Assembly: GCA_934162685.1 (NCBI GenBank)
Contig: CAKPJO010000001.1
Coordinates: 96,602 to 138,726, forward strand
Source: an uncultured Bacilli bacterium
GTDB lineage: Bacteria; Bacillota_I; Bacilli_A; RFN20; CAG-826
Length of the DNA: 42,125 nucleotides
Direction: 5' to 3'
Shown here: piece by piece, positions 18,708 through 26,805 of the stretch
How positions within the stretch are numbered: position 1 is the stretch's first letter
Layout of the letters: every line of letters starts with the position of its first letter
Program-made: the position numbers and the translations under genes
The notes under the pieces: generated by a model
What the model was told of the DNA's origin: nothing
Databases searched by the model: none
Seen by the model: only the letters and a program-made list of their open reading frames with translations

Positions 18708-19373
18708 ATGGAATATAGTCAATTTAATGAATTCAACAGGTTTCAAAACCTAGATGGAATCGAAGCTAAAATTGTAGAACATTTAGTTAATTCTACATCA
18801 AAATATGCTTCAATAATCTGGAAGCTGTTAAAATATAACGATTTAAACGCATTGAGTCGTCCAGATTTAACTATAGAAGAGAAAAAAGAACTTGTATGTT
18901 TCGATAATGGTTATGGAGATAAAAAAAGAATATTTTTCCAACCATTTGTAGATGATGCGTGGCAAGAACAATGCAGCTCATTGTATATTTATGTGGAACA
19001 AATAGTCCCACAAGACCAATGTAGAGCTACAATTGGCGTTACGATCGAGACAGTTGTTCATTCAAAAATAGCAGCAGTTAGAGGCGATGGAGATCCTTTT
19101 TTAAATAAGGACGCAAATCCAAACGATTCTGACAGTAAGGGAAATATTGTTGTTGCCTTCAAGAATCGGGCTACAGTATTGTTAAAATCTATTCTAGCTG
19201 AGTTAAACGGATTATATATAGATGGCATTGGTTATTTACAATTTAATCAAGCATTGAATGTAAAAAGTAAAACTGAAATGCCATTATTTAATAACAGGTC
19301 ATTTTACGGTCATGCAACAATGTTTGCCGTTAAAATGGGAAATGTGTCAGGTAGTAGCTCAATAGGATTCTAG
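18708..19373 (+). CDS. hypothetical structural-module protein
   Basis: 221-aa ORF with an RBS. Confidence 0.55.
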   Translation: MEYSQFNEFNRFQNLDGIEAKIVEHLVNSTSKYASIIWKLLKYNDLNALSRPDLTIEEKKELVCFDNGYGDKKRIFFQPFVDDAWQEQCSSLYIYVEQIVPQDQCRATIGVTIETVVHSKIAAVRGDGDPFLNKDANPNDSDSKGNIVVAFKNRATVLLKSILAELNGLYIDGIGYLQFNQALNVKSKTEMPLFNNRSFYGHATMFAVKMGNVSGSSSIGF

Positions 19374-19374
19374 T

Positions 19375-20367
19375 ATGGCAAATAGTGCTAATAATAGATA
19401 TCAAGGATTAGATCCTGATTTAGCTAAAGAATTAATTAGCTATGAACATTCTTATTTTAAAGAAGATAGACCGATACCTTTTTGTGGATTAAATATTTAT
19501 CCAGTTACAATGCACGAATATGAAAAATTTTTTATGTGTGTGGATTGTTTTACCTTGGATAAAAATGAAACGCCTCAAGGTATAAGAATGACAAATTTAG
19601 ATTATTTAATTTCTAAGACAGTTGAACATTCAGATTCAGGAAATGAATGGGCGTATAAATTTGATACTTTATTAGAAATGATATTTCATATTCAAAATGG
19701 TGTGAAATGCAGTAAATGCGGTGAAATCATACCATATAATAGTCAACATTTTAGAGACTATTTATTACAAATACAAAAATTACAATCTGATACAAATATG
19801 CTCGATAAAATAAAAAAACACGAAAGGGCTATTCCAGGATTATTTTGTCCTAAGTGTAACGCACCAGTTGAAGACGGCGTTATAAAAATGGAATTAGATA
19901 AAAAATCAAACCATTATATGTTAGTCATAGATGGGCATATTATATCAAGCAAAGATTTTAATAGACTACGTCGTATTGTTTTGTTCCAAAATATGCCAGA
20001 TTATTTTGATGATTCGTGGGTTGATAAAGGCTTGCGAGAAGATAGAAAAGCAAAAATGGCGTTAGAGCAAAAGAAAAACGAAAACTTAGAAGCTTCTACA
20101 GAGCGTAAGATTGTGTGTTTATCTATTGCCACAAATTATAAGTTTGAAGAAATTTATAATATGACAATTAGAAAATTTACAATTGCGTTAAGTGCTGTAG
20201 AAGATTTAATTAATTATAAAATTATGAAATCGGCGGCAATGAACGGATTCGTACAATTACCAAAAGATCAAAAGATTGAACACTGGATTTATAAAAAGAC
20301 AGGCGATATCTATGGTGATATGTATAAAGACGCTGCAGACGTTCACAACTCGATAAGTAATTTGTAA
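19375..20367 (+). CDS. hypothetical protein with two CxxC pairs (zinc ribbon)
   Basis: 330 aa, start coupled to the upstream stop. Carries CSKCGE ... CPKCNAP. Confidence 0.55.
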   Translation: MANSANNRYQGLDPDLAKELISYEHSYFKEDRPIPFCGLNIYPVTMHEYEKFFMCVDCFTLDKNETPQGIRMTNLDYLISKTVEHSDSGNEWAYKFDTLLEMIFHIQNGVKCSKCGEIIPYNSQHFRDYLLQIQKLQSDTNMLDKIKKHERAIPGLFCPKCNAPVEDGVIKMELDKKSNHYMLVIDGHIISSKDFNRLRRIVLFQNMPDYFDDSWVDKGLREDRKAKMALEQKKNENLEASTERKIVCLSIATNYKFEEIYNMTIRKFTIALSAVEDLINYKIMKSAAMNGFVQLPKDQKIEHWIYKKTGDIYGDMYKDAADVHNSISNL

Positions 20368-20406
20368 TACATAAAAATAAAAATTATATAAAGGAGAATA
20401 GAAAAT

Positions 20407-21423
20407 ATGAAAGGAAAATATTTTTTAGGAAGCGTTGGTACTGCTGAAGCATTCCGTATTGTTAATGGAAAACCTATTTTAGCATTCCGTTCAAAAACAT
20501 TAACTGATTCAGGTTTAAATATTTCTACAACTAAAGATGATATTCGTGCTGGTACAGGTGCTCCAATTCAATTTAGTTTCTATCATGATCCTAACATTGA
20601 AATCACTTTAACAGATGTTTTATTTGACGAAGCTTACGTTACAGCTCAATTAGGTGCTGAATTTAAAGTAGGCGGAATTGCGTATAAATCTGAAACAATT
20701 ACAGCAGGAGAAGCTGGTAAATTAACTCTTTCAGATGAACCTCAAGCTATGCCAATCGGTTGTGGTGAAAGTGCTAAATATGTTTGGTTTACTGAAGAAG
20801 GACAAGAAGACTGGAAGGTAGTTATCGCAGGAGATACTAAAGAAGTAGCAGATGCTTCAATCTTAGCTGGAAAGAAATACTGTGTTCGTTATTTATATCA
20901 AAATGATGCTGCTCACGTTGCAGAAATTACTTCTAATATGATTCCACAAGAATTACGTTTAATAATTACTGCTCCAATTTATGCAGGAGATGCTTGTTCT
21001 GCTTCAAATGGTAAGGCTGCTGGTACAATTACATTTGAAATTCCACGTTTTAAATTAGCTGGTACTCAAGATTTTGCATTTAATATGAGTTCTAATGCTA
21101 CAATGTCATTATCTGGTAATGTTTTAGCAAACGAATCTGGTTGTGATATTACAAGTAGCGATTTAATGAGAATTATTACTCAATATGAAAACGCTCAATG
21201 GTATGATGATTTAGTAGAATTAGTTGCTGATGAAGATTTTTTAAAAGCAGGAGACGTTCCACATATTTATGGGGTGTACAAAAATGGTAGTGTTTCATTA
21301 CTTGATAATGAAAAATTAACATTTGCCCCTGCTTTATCAGGCGAAGGCAAATGGGCTTCTGCTGGTGCAGAAAAAATCACAATCGAAGGTTCTACTATTT
21401 CTGATGATGTTACTATTGCTTAA
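20407..21423 (+). CDS. major tail (tube)-like protein
   Basis: 338 aa with an AAGGAG RBS and the Ala/Gly/Thr-rich composition of an abundant structural protein. It is the last large structural gene before the tape measure region. Confidence 0.5.
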   Translation: MKGKYFLGSVGTAEAFRIVNGKPILAFRSKTLTDSGLNISTTKDDIRAGTGAPIQFSFYHDPNIEITLTDVLFDEAYVTAQLGAEFKVGGIAYKSETITAGEAGKLTLSDEPQAMPIGCGESAKYVWFTEEGQEDWKVVIAGDTKEVADASILAGKKYCVRYLYQNDAAHVAEITSNMIPQELRLIITAPIYAGDACSASNGKAAGTITFEIPRFKLAGTQDFAFNMSSNATMSLSGNVLANESGCDITSSDLMRIITQYENAQWYDDLVELVADEDFLKAGDVPHIYGVYKNGSVSLLDNEKLTFAPALSGEGKWASAGAEKITIEGSTISDDVTIA

Positions 21424-21430
21424 TTAATTT

Positions 21431-21631
21431 ATGAAAATTAAAAGTTTTGGAACTAAAAAAAAGCCTTTTTGTAAATATTCTGTTGGAAATGGAGCACATT
21501 TTTATAAATGTTCTAAGTATGGTAAAGATAAATGTCCGTTTCAAAAATGGTGTGTTTTAATTAACGGCTATGATTTTTTAGCGCCAGAAGCAAAGCAAAA
21601 TTGTAAAGAATATGAAGAAGAAATTCGATAA
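21431..21631 (+). CDS. small Cys-rich hypothetical protein
   Basis: 66 aa with 6 Cys. No clear RBS, so its coding status is uncertain. Confidence 0.35.
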   Translation: MKIKSFGTKKKPFCKYSVGNGAHFYKCSKYGKDKCPFQKWCVLINGYDFLAPEAKQNCKEYEEEIR

Positions 21632-21636
21632 AGAGT

Positions 21637-21661
21637 AGAGAAGGAAACTTCTCTCTCTTTT
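21637..21661 (+). terminator. candidate terminator (GAAA-capped hairpin + T-rich tail)
   Basis: AGAGAAG gaaa CTTCTCT (21637-21654) followed by CTCTTTTG. Confidence 0.45.
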
Positions 21662-21735
21662 GTTATGAGGTATTTATTTTGTAGATACTTGATATCAGAA
21701 GAGAGAGAATATCTAATATAAAGGAGATGTTGAAG

Positions 21736-22203
21736 ATGAATATTATGATGTTAGCAAGTGCGTGGCCTTCAAATGTAGAAGGTTGGGTAACTTTAATTAC
21801 TTTAATTGTTGGTTTAATTGGTGCAATTGCTGCTTTAGTTCCAACTATTATTAAAATGGTTAAAGCATTAAGAGAATTAATTAAAAACAAACAATGGCAA
21901 AAAATTGTTGAATTAGCAATTAATGCAATGAAAGAAGCCGAAGGATTGTTCCAAGAAGGTACAGATAAATTGGAGTATGCAATGAAAACAGTTAAAGCAG
22001 CTTGCAAAGAATTAAATATTGAATTAGATGATCAATTAATAGCGAATTTAGAACAACACATTAGAGATTTAATTTCTTGGCATAATGATATGAATGATGC
22101 CGAAAAAGAAATTTCCGCACAAAAAGCAACTTCTAAAAAAGCTAAAAAACCTTCTAAAAGAGAATATTTAGTTCAAGAAAATATAGAAGACGTAAATAAG
22201 TAG
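21736..22203 (+). CDS. holin-like membrane protein (LL-H holin family-like)
   Basis: One N-terminal TM helix (WVTLITLIVGLIGAIAALVPTII) followed by a helical tail (AINAMKEAEGLFQEGTDKLEYAMKTVKAACKEL), resembling LL-H-type holins. The ATG at 21736 is better spaced from AAGGAG than the ATG at 21727. Confidence 0.5.
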   Translation: MNIMMLASAWPSNVEGWVTLITLIVGLIGAIAALVPTIIKMVKALRELIKNKQWQKIVELAINAMKEAEGLFQEGTDKLEYAMKTVKAACKELNIELDDQLIANLEQHIRDLISWHNDMNDAEKEISAQKATSKKAKKPSKREYLVQENIEDVNK

Positions 22204-22213
22204 AGGTTAAAAT

Positions 22214-22498
22214 ATGAATCAATCTACGGATATAATGTTAAGTCTTGTTAAAGATATTGTTCGTAGTGAATTAGATAAAAGAGATCAAGTAGTTATTTGT
22301 AAAGTTGTTGAAACTTATAAAGATGGCTACTATGATTTAACAGTTGTTCCAGATGAATCAAATAGAATTAAAAGAATGTATACAATAGCAAATTATTCTT
22401 TACAAACAGGGGATTATGTGTATTTGTATAAAGTTAAAAATAGCTTTCAAAACGCTTTCATAATAGGTCGTGTTGGTGGCTATCATGGGACAAAATAG
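22214..22498 (+). CDS. hypothetical protein
   Basis: 94-aa ORF followed by a terminator. Confidence 0.5.
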   Translation: MNQSTDIMLSLVKDIVRSELDKRDQVVICKVVETYKDGYYDLTVVPDESNRIKRMYTIANYSLQTGDYVYLYKVKNSFQNAFIIGRVGGYHGTK

Positions 22499-22500
22499 GA

Positions 22501-22526
22501 AGCTAGGTTAAATCCTAGCTTTTTTT
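22501..22526 (+). terminator. rho-independent terminator
   Basis: AGCTAGG ttaaat CCTAGCT followed by TTTTTT. Confidence 0.75.
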
Positions 22527-22549
22527 AACGCGAGGCACGAGGTATAAAA

Positions 22550-23221
22550 ATGCAAATAAAATACAAAAAATCATTGAAAGATTATAAATATTTAATAATG
22601 TTTGATTTAGCCAGTAAGGTAACAGGTGTTTGTTTATATGATTTAATTAATAATAAACCAATAAAAACTTATGTATTAAAAGTAAAAGGTATAAATACTT
22701 CACCAGTGATAGAATTATATGAAATTTTAGGTAATTTCTTTGAAGAAATCAATAAAAGTGGCCTTTTATTTGAAGATATATTGGTATCTTTTGAAGCAAT
22801 GCCTACTCAAATGCATTCTTCCTTTACAACTATTCAAACATTTTTAGCATTAGCTAAAGCACACGCGACTATTGATTTATTTTTATCAATTCACAATATT
22901 GATGTGTATGATGATGTCGGAGTTTATCCTGCTTCAACACACGCTTATTTTAAGAAAATAGTATCTTGTAATAAAGATGAGAAAATAACAAAAGAGTTAA
23001 TAAGAGATTATGTTGTTCAATCTTATCCACATTTAGAAATAACAACACTAGATGAATCAGACGCAGTGTTTTTGGCAAAAACATTTGTTGAAAGCAAATG
23101 GAATAAAGATTTAGATGAAAAAATTAAAGAATTAAAAAGACATAAAAAAACTTTAAAAGCAAATCACGCTATTTTAAAAGTTGAAGAAGAAATCAAACAA
23201 ATGCAAAATTACAAAAACTAA
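22550..23221 (+). CDS. RuvC-like Holliday junction resolvase
   Basis: The acidic catalytic pattern is in the expected order: MFDLASKVTGVCLYD (first Asp), VSFEAMP (Glu), LDESDAVFLAKTF (DxxDA). Confidence 0.6.
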   Translation: MQIKYKKSLKDYKYLIMFDLASKVTGVCLYDLINNKPIKTYVLKVKGINTSPVIELYEILGNFFEEINKSGLLFEDILVSFEAMPTQMHSSFTTIQTFLALAKAHATIDLFLSIHNIDVYDDVGVYPASTHAYFKKIVSCNKDEKITKELIRDYVVQSYPHLEITTLDESDAVFLAKTFVESKWNKDLDEKIKELKRHKKTLKANHAILKVEEEIKQMQNYKN

Positions 23222-23238
23222 CCAAAGGAGGTGTTCAT

Positions 23239-24258
23239 ATGGGTAAACGTAGTACTATATATAATGATAACTTAACTCAAGATTGGGATAACGTTTCTGA
23301 CAAGAATAAAAAACTTGTGAAAGAATTTATGCAATATTGTAAGAGCACTGATAAAAGTCCTATGACAATGAACCAATATGAACAATGGTTAAGAGTATTT
23401 TTTTGTTGGAATTATAAGGAAAACGGAGATAAGTTCTTTATTGATTTAAAGAAAAGAGATTTTGTTTATTATTTTGGTTATTTACGTGATTTAGGAATGA
23501 GTTCAAATAGAATTGCTTCTTTAAAATCGGCATTAAGTAGTTTATCTTCAGAAATAGAATTATTATGTGAAGATTTGTATCCAAACTTTAGAAATCAATT
23601 AAGAGGTTTAGAACCAGTTCATATTACGGCAGTAAGAGAAAAAACTGTAGTAAGTGGTGATAAATTAGAAGAAATGCTTAGCACTTTAGTAGAGAAAAAA
23701 GAATATCAATTAGCTTGTTATTTAGCTTTGGTATGTTCATCAGGAAGTAGAAAAGCAGAAATGTTACAAATGAAACCAGAATTCTTTGTTCCTGAAAATG
23801 TTCAATTTGAAGGATATATGTATTGTACTCCTAAAATTAGAGCAAAAGGAAGAGGAAAACAAGGGAAGATGATTAATAAATACGTCATTAAAGATGCTTT
23901 TGATCCATATTTTGAGTTATGGATGAAAGAAAGAGAAAAATTCGGCATCAAGTGTGATTCTTTATTTGTAACTAATGTAAATGGAGAATGGAAAAACGCA
24001 AATGTCTCCACAGCAAATCACTTTGCAAAACAAATATCAACAATGTTTAATATTGACTGGTATTCACACTCGGGCAGACATTACTTCTGTACATTATTAA
24101 AAAGTTTAGGATTATCAGACGATATTGTGAGAATAGTATTCTCTTGGGCAAGTGTTGATTTAGTGAGAGTTTATGATGATACTCCAGTATCAGATAAATT
24201 ATTTGAACATATGGTTGCTTTAGGTAAAAAAGCACAAAAAGATAGTGAAGAGAGGTAA
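23239..24258 (+). CDS. tyrosine recombinase / phage integrase family protein
   Basis: N-terminal SAM-like core-binding region. The catalytic pattern reads SSGSRKAEMLQM (Arg), HSGRHYFCT (HxxR), and W..VDLVRVY (Tyr). Confidence 0.7.
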   Translation: MGKRSTIYNDNLTQDWDNVSDKNKKLVKEFMQYCKSTDKSPMTMNQYEQWLRVFFCWNYKENGDKFFIDLKKRDFVYYFGYLRDLGMSSNRIASLKSALSSLSSEIELLCEDLYPNFRNQLRGLEPVHITAVREKTVVSGDKLEEMLSTLVEKKEYQLACYLALVCSSGSRKAEMLQMKPEFFVPENVQFEGYMYCTPKIRAKGRGKQGKMINKYVIKDAFDPYFELWMKEREKFGIKCDSLFVTNVNGEWKNANVSTANHFAKQISTMFNIDWYSHSGRHYFCTLLKSLGLSDDIVRIVFSWASVDLVRVYDDTPVSDKLFEHMVALGKKAQKDSEER

Positions 24259-24263
24259 AAGGA

Positions 24264-24923
24264 ATGGAAGAAAAAATTAAATTATCAGAAATCGTTTATC
24301 TTGGTTTACAATTAAGAAACGAGCCAAGTGAAGAGACTCTTAAAAGATTAAATGAAATTCTGAATGCATTACAAGTAGCTTCATATAAAAAAATGAGTGA
24401 TAAATATGTTGCTTTAATAGATGTTATTACAATGATGGCTTCTGATGAAGGAGGTTTATCTTTAGCTAATTTAACTGTCGATTTAGAATGTGCTAAAATA
24501 GAATATGGTTTATTACCGTACATTCTTAATTTGGAAGACGATATAAAAGGACAAGTTGATGTTGTAGTTTGTGATATTTTGTATGAATTAGGATTTATTG
24601 ACGCCATATTAGGACACGTTGAAACTGCAAGAGATTATGCAAGATTTGAACATATGGTAGACAATGCTTTGAATTTTTCTAATATAGATAAGATATTAAC
24701 ATTCTCTTCAAATTTTGATCCAGAAAATATTCAAAAATTTGTTGATACAGTTGCAGATTTAAAAGATCAATTAACAGGCGAAAAATTAAAACAAATGGCA
24801 GACATTTCTTTAGCAGGAAGTCCCGACTGGGAAGTATTCCAAAAAACGGTTGCAGAACAAATTGTTGAAAATATACTTGACAAAAGGTTAAACGACCTTA
24901 AAAATAAAGAAAATAAGTCATAG
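24264..24923 (+). CDS. hypothetical acidic protein
   Basis: 219-aa ORF with an RBS. Confidence 0.55.
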   Translation: MEEKIKLSEIVYLGLQLRNEPSEETLKRLNEILNALQVASYKKMSDKYVALIDVITMMASDEGGLSLANLTVDLECAKIEYGLLPYILNLEDDIKGQVDVVVCDILYELGFIDAILGHVETARDYARFEHMVDNALNFSNIDKILTFSSNFDPENIQKFVDTVADLKDQLTGEKLKQMADISLAGSPDWEVFQKTVAEQIVENILDKRLNDLKNKENKS

Positions 24924-24936
24924 AGGAGGCACTCTT

Positions 24937-25293
24937 ATGAGAGAATTACACGCAGATGTAGAAATTTGCAAGGATTATATTTTAATTAAAGATTCTTACA
25001 AAATTACAGATTCAGCTGATATGTATAGAGTATTAAGACATATTATGAATAATCCAGCTTATGATGAATTTGGTTATAAGCGCAAAATGAGTAACTATAT
25101 AGCAGAATGGAAAGTTCATAACTGGTGTTATAAATTAGGAATTCAAAGAGCTAGAACAGCAGATGTTAATTTAGATAGAGAATTTTCTAATTCAAAACTT
25201 CAAAAAATTGTTTATGATATTTTAGATGGATTTTGGAACTTTTATGATGAAATGTTAGCACAAGATCCAAAATATAATAAAAACAGAAAATAG
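24937..25293 (+). CDS. hypothetical protein
   Basis: 118 aa with a GAGGAGG RBS. Confidence 0.55.
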   Translation: MRELHADVEICKDYILIKDSYKITDSADMYRVLRHIMNNPAYDEFGYKRKMSNYIAEWKVHNWCYKLGIQRARTADVNLDREFSNSKLQKIVYDILDGFWNFYDEMLAQDPKYNKNRK

Positions 25294-25295
25294 TC

Positions 25296-25323
25296 TTGAC
25301 ATTTTTTTATATTTAGTTATACT
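25296..25323 (+). promoter_or_regulatory. sigma70/sigmaA-type consensus promoter (TTGACA-16 nt-TATACT) driving the RNA cassette
   Basis: TTGACA at 25296-25301 and TATACT at 25318-25323. The architecture matches the promoters at 4000 and 39961. Confidence 0.6.
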
Positions 25324-25329
25324 AAAATT

Positions 25330-26134
25330 GTAAATGATATTGATCCCACAACGCCTCTGACTTTCAAGCGCAACCCAGTGGGACTTTTATGGGCTTACTA
25401 GTTGTATTATCCGTACGGTAATGTCAGTGGAATTCTGACAAAGCTCTAATGTGGATTAGACGGGGCCACTATAAAGATATCCGTTGAGTAAGCTATTTTT
25501 AAGGATAGCAGGCGCACGACGATAGCGAGAGATATCGTAAGGTAGCAGGTCGAGTGTCGACACTGTTAGATTGCAAGTGAGTTGGCAAGTACAACAACAT
25601 GATTGAACGTGTTGTTAAGACACCTAGGTATGAAAGTAACTTGGTGTCTTGTAAAAATACATATGGCTATAGTATTTTAAAGTTTGTTGAGAAATACAAA
25701 TAGTTTTATTGATTAATGACCGCGGATCATAATCGATTGAAGCCATTTTTTCGGAAAGCAATGAATCGTTCAAGAAACTATTATCAAAGATTGTAGTTAT
25801 GTTCCTCTTGTCTTTCTATTTGGTTGTCCTCTGTGAGGGGACACGTGGTTATTGACTACCTAAAGTCAGTTGTAAAAGCATATTTCATTGGGAGATATGC
25901 AGAATTATTATTTAGTTTCTCAACGACGAATTTAATTATATCTTGCAAAATTAATTAAAAGAGTCCAAGATAAGGTTGAGGCTTTGCTAAAAATACAGTC
26001 TTGATAAAGTGGAGCTGGATGCATAAAATAGATAGATAAAAAGGTAACCAGAGCTATCAAAAACGGACAAAGAGAAACTTATTCGTTACGGTTTAGACAT
26101 TTCCCAGCGATATACGTAAAAAAATGTCTAGCAT
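25330..26134 (+). ncRNA. large (~800 nt) structured non-coding RNA, candidate GOLLD/ROOL-class giant phage RNA
   Basis: No ORF of 60 aa or more on either strand across 25294-26240 in an otherwise gap-free genome, and the region looks GC-richer than its flanks. Many perfect local helices are present, for example TCCCAC/GTGGGA (25344-49/25378-83), GTCAG/CTGAC, ACGATA/TATCGT, GTCGA/TCGAC, AAGACACC/GGTGTCTT, GCATAT/ATATGC, the nested pair CTCAAC...TATCTTG/CAAGATA...GTTGAG, and TAGACATTT/AAATGTCTA (26093-101/26122-30). A promoter lies upstream and a tRNA abuts the 3' end. Confidence 0.55.
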
Positions 26135-26209
26135 AGGGATGTAGCCAAATGGTAAGGCAACAGACTTTGACTCTGTCACGTGTTGGTTCGAACCCAGCCA
26201 TCCCTGCCA
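26135..26209 (+). tRNA. tRNA-Gln (anticodon UUG) with encoded CCA
   Basis: Hand-folded cloverleaf. Acceptor AGGGATG/CATCCCT, D arm GCC..GGC, anticodon stem ACAGA/TCTGT with loop CTTTGAC (anticodon TTG at 26167-69). T arm GTTGG-TTCGAAC-CCAGC, discriminator G, CCA at 26207-09. Confidence 0.85.
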
Positions 26210-26240
26210 AATTTAACAAATAAGAAAGGAAAGTGATATT

Positions 26241-26675
26241 ATGAAATCAAAAGAATTTAAGAGATTTTTGAAAGCAGAAAAGAAATATAAAAAAGCACTT
26301 ATTAAGTACATTAAGAAAGAGGAAAGTTCTTATGATTCTTATCAATTTCCTGCTATAATAATGATGATGCTTAAAAGAAGATTAGAGTACTATACACAAG
26401 GTGATAATGTGTGGCAATCAGAAGATAGTCAAAAATTAGTGATTAAATCACTAGAAAAAGCCGTATCATTAGGTGAATATGCTCTCGATGATTATAATTT
26501 TTATTATGAGGATGAAAAAGAATTCTTCAATAGAATGGATTATGAACCATTAGATTTTAAAGATTATCCTCATCATACAATAGAAGAAAAATATGAGATG
26601 TTTGAAAAAGAAAGAACAGCTTACAAGCAATGGTTTGCATACATTGCAGAACATTTTGATGAATGGTGGGATTAA
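26241..26675 (+). CDS. hypothetical protein, last gene of the RNA cassette
   Basis: 144 aa with an RBS (AAGGAAAG). No terminator separates it from the tRNA, and a strong terminator follows it. Confidence 0.55.
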   Translation: MKSKEFKRFLKAEKKYKKALIKYIKKEESSYDSYQFPAIIMMMLKRRLEYYTQGDNVWQSEDSQKLVIKSLEKAVSLGEYALDDYNFYYEDEKEFFNRMDYEPLDFKDYPHHTIEEKYEMFEKERTAYKQWFAYIAEHFDEWWD

Positions 26676-26707
26676 TAATCTTATCGTTCTGAACTATTAT
26701 ATATAGT

Positions 26708-26735
26708 AAGGTTGCTTTTATAGCAACCTTTTTTT
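26708..26735 (+). terminator. rho-independent terminator
   Basis: AAGGTTGC ttttata GCAACCTT followed by TTTTT. Confidence 0.75.
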
Positions 26736-26805
26736 ATGTTTAAAAAAACAATTAAATTAATAATAAAATGTCCCTTTTATTTCTTAGGGAGAAGGAGGAG
26801 TCTTT

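Noticed and set aside
21637-21707. A possible terminator/antiterminator switch upstream of the holin-like gene. The terminator 3' arm CTTCTCT(CTCTT) can alternatively pair with AAGAGAGAG (21699-21707).
   Set aside because: The competing partner lies downstream of the terminator, so it cannot pre-empt terminator formation co-transcriptionally in the classical way. It may simply reflect low-complexity CT/GA tracts.
25919-25960. tmRNA-like tag reading frame inside the large RNA: aac gac gaa ttt aat tat atc ttg caa aat taa = NDEFNYILQN*, reminiscent of the E. coli ssrA tag ANDENYALAA. A tRNA-like element lies downstream.
   Set aside because: The downstream element is a complete canonical tRNA with a normal anticodon arm (UUG). 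It has no G3:U70 alanine identity pair, and no 5' GGGG...UUCGAC tRNA-like-domain half is present. The tag does not end in the usual hydrophobic (L/A)AA. This is most likely coincidence, though an ARAGORN or tmRNA covariance-model scan would settle it.
26135-26209. The tRNA as a sign of stop-codon reassignment (suppressor tRNA) or as an attP core.
   Set aside because: The anticodon is the ordinary UUG (Gln), not CUA, UCA or UUA. All long ORFs are intact under the standard code. The tRNA is complete, and no partial duplicate of it occurs elsewhere in the window.
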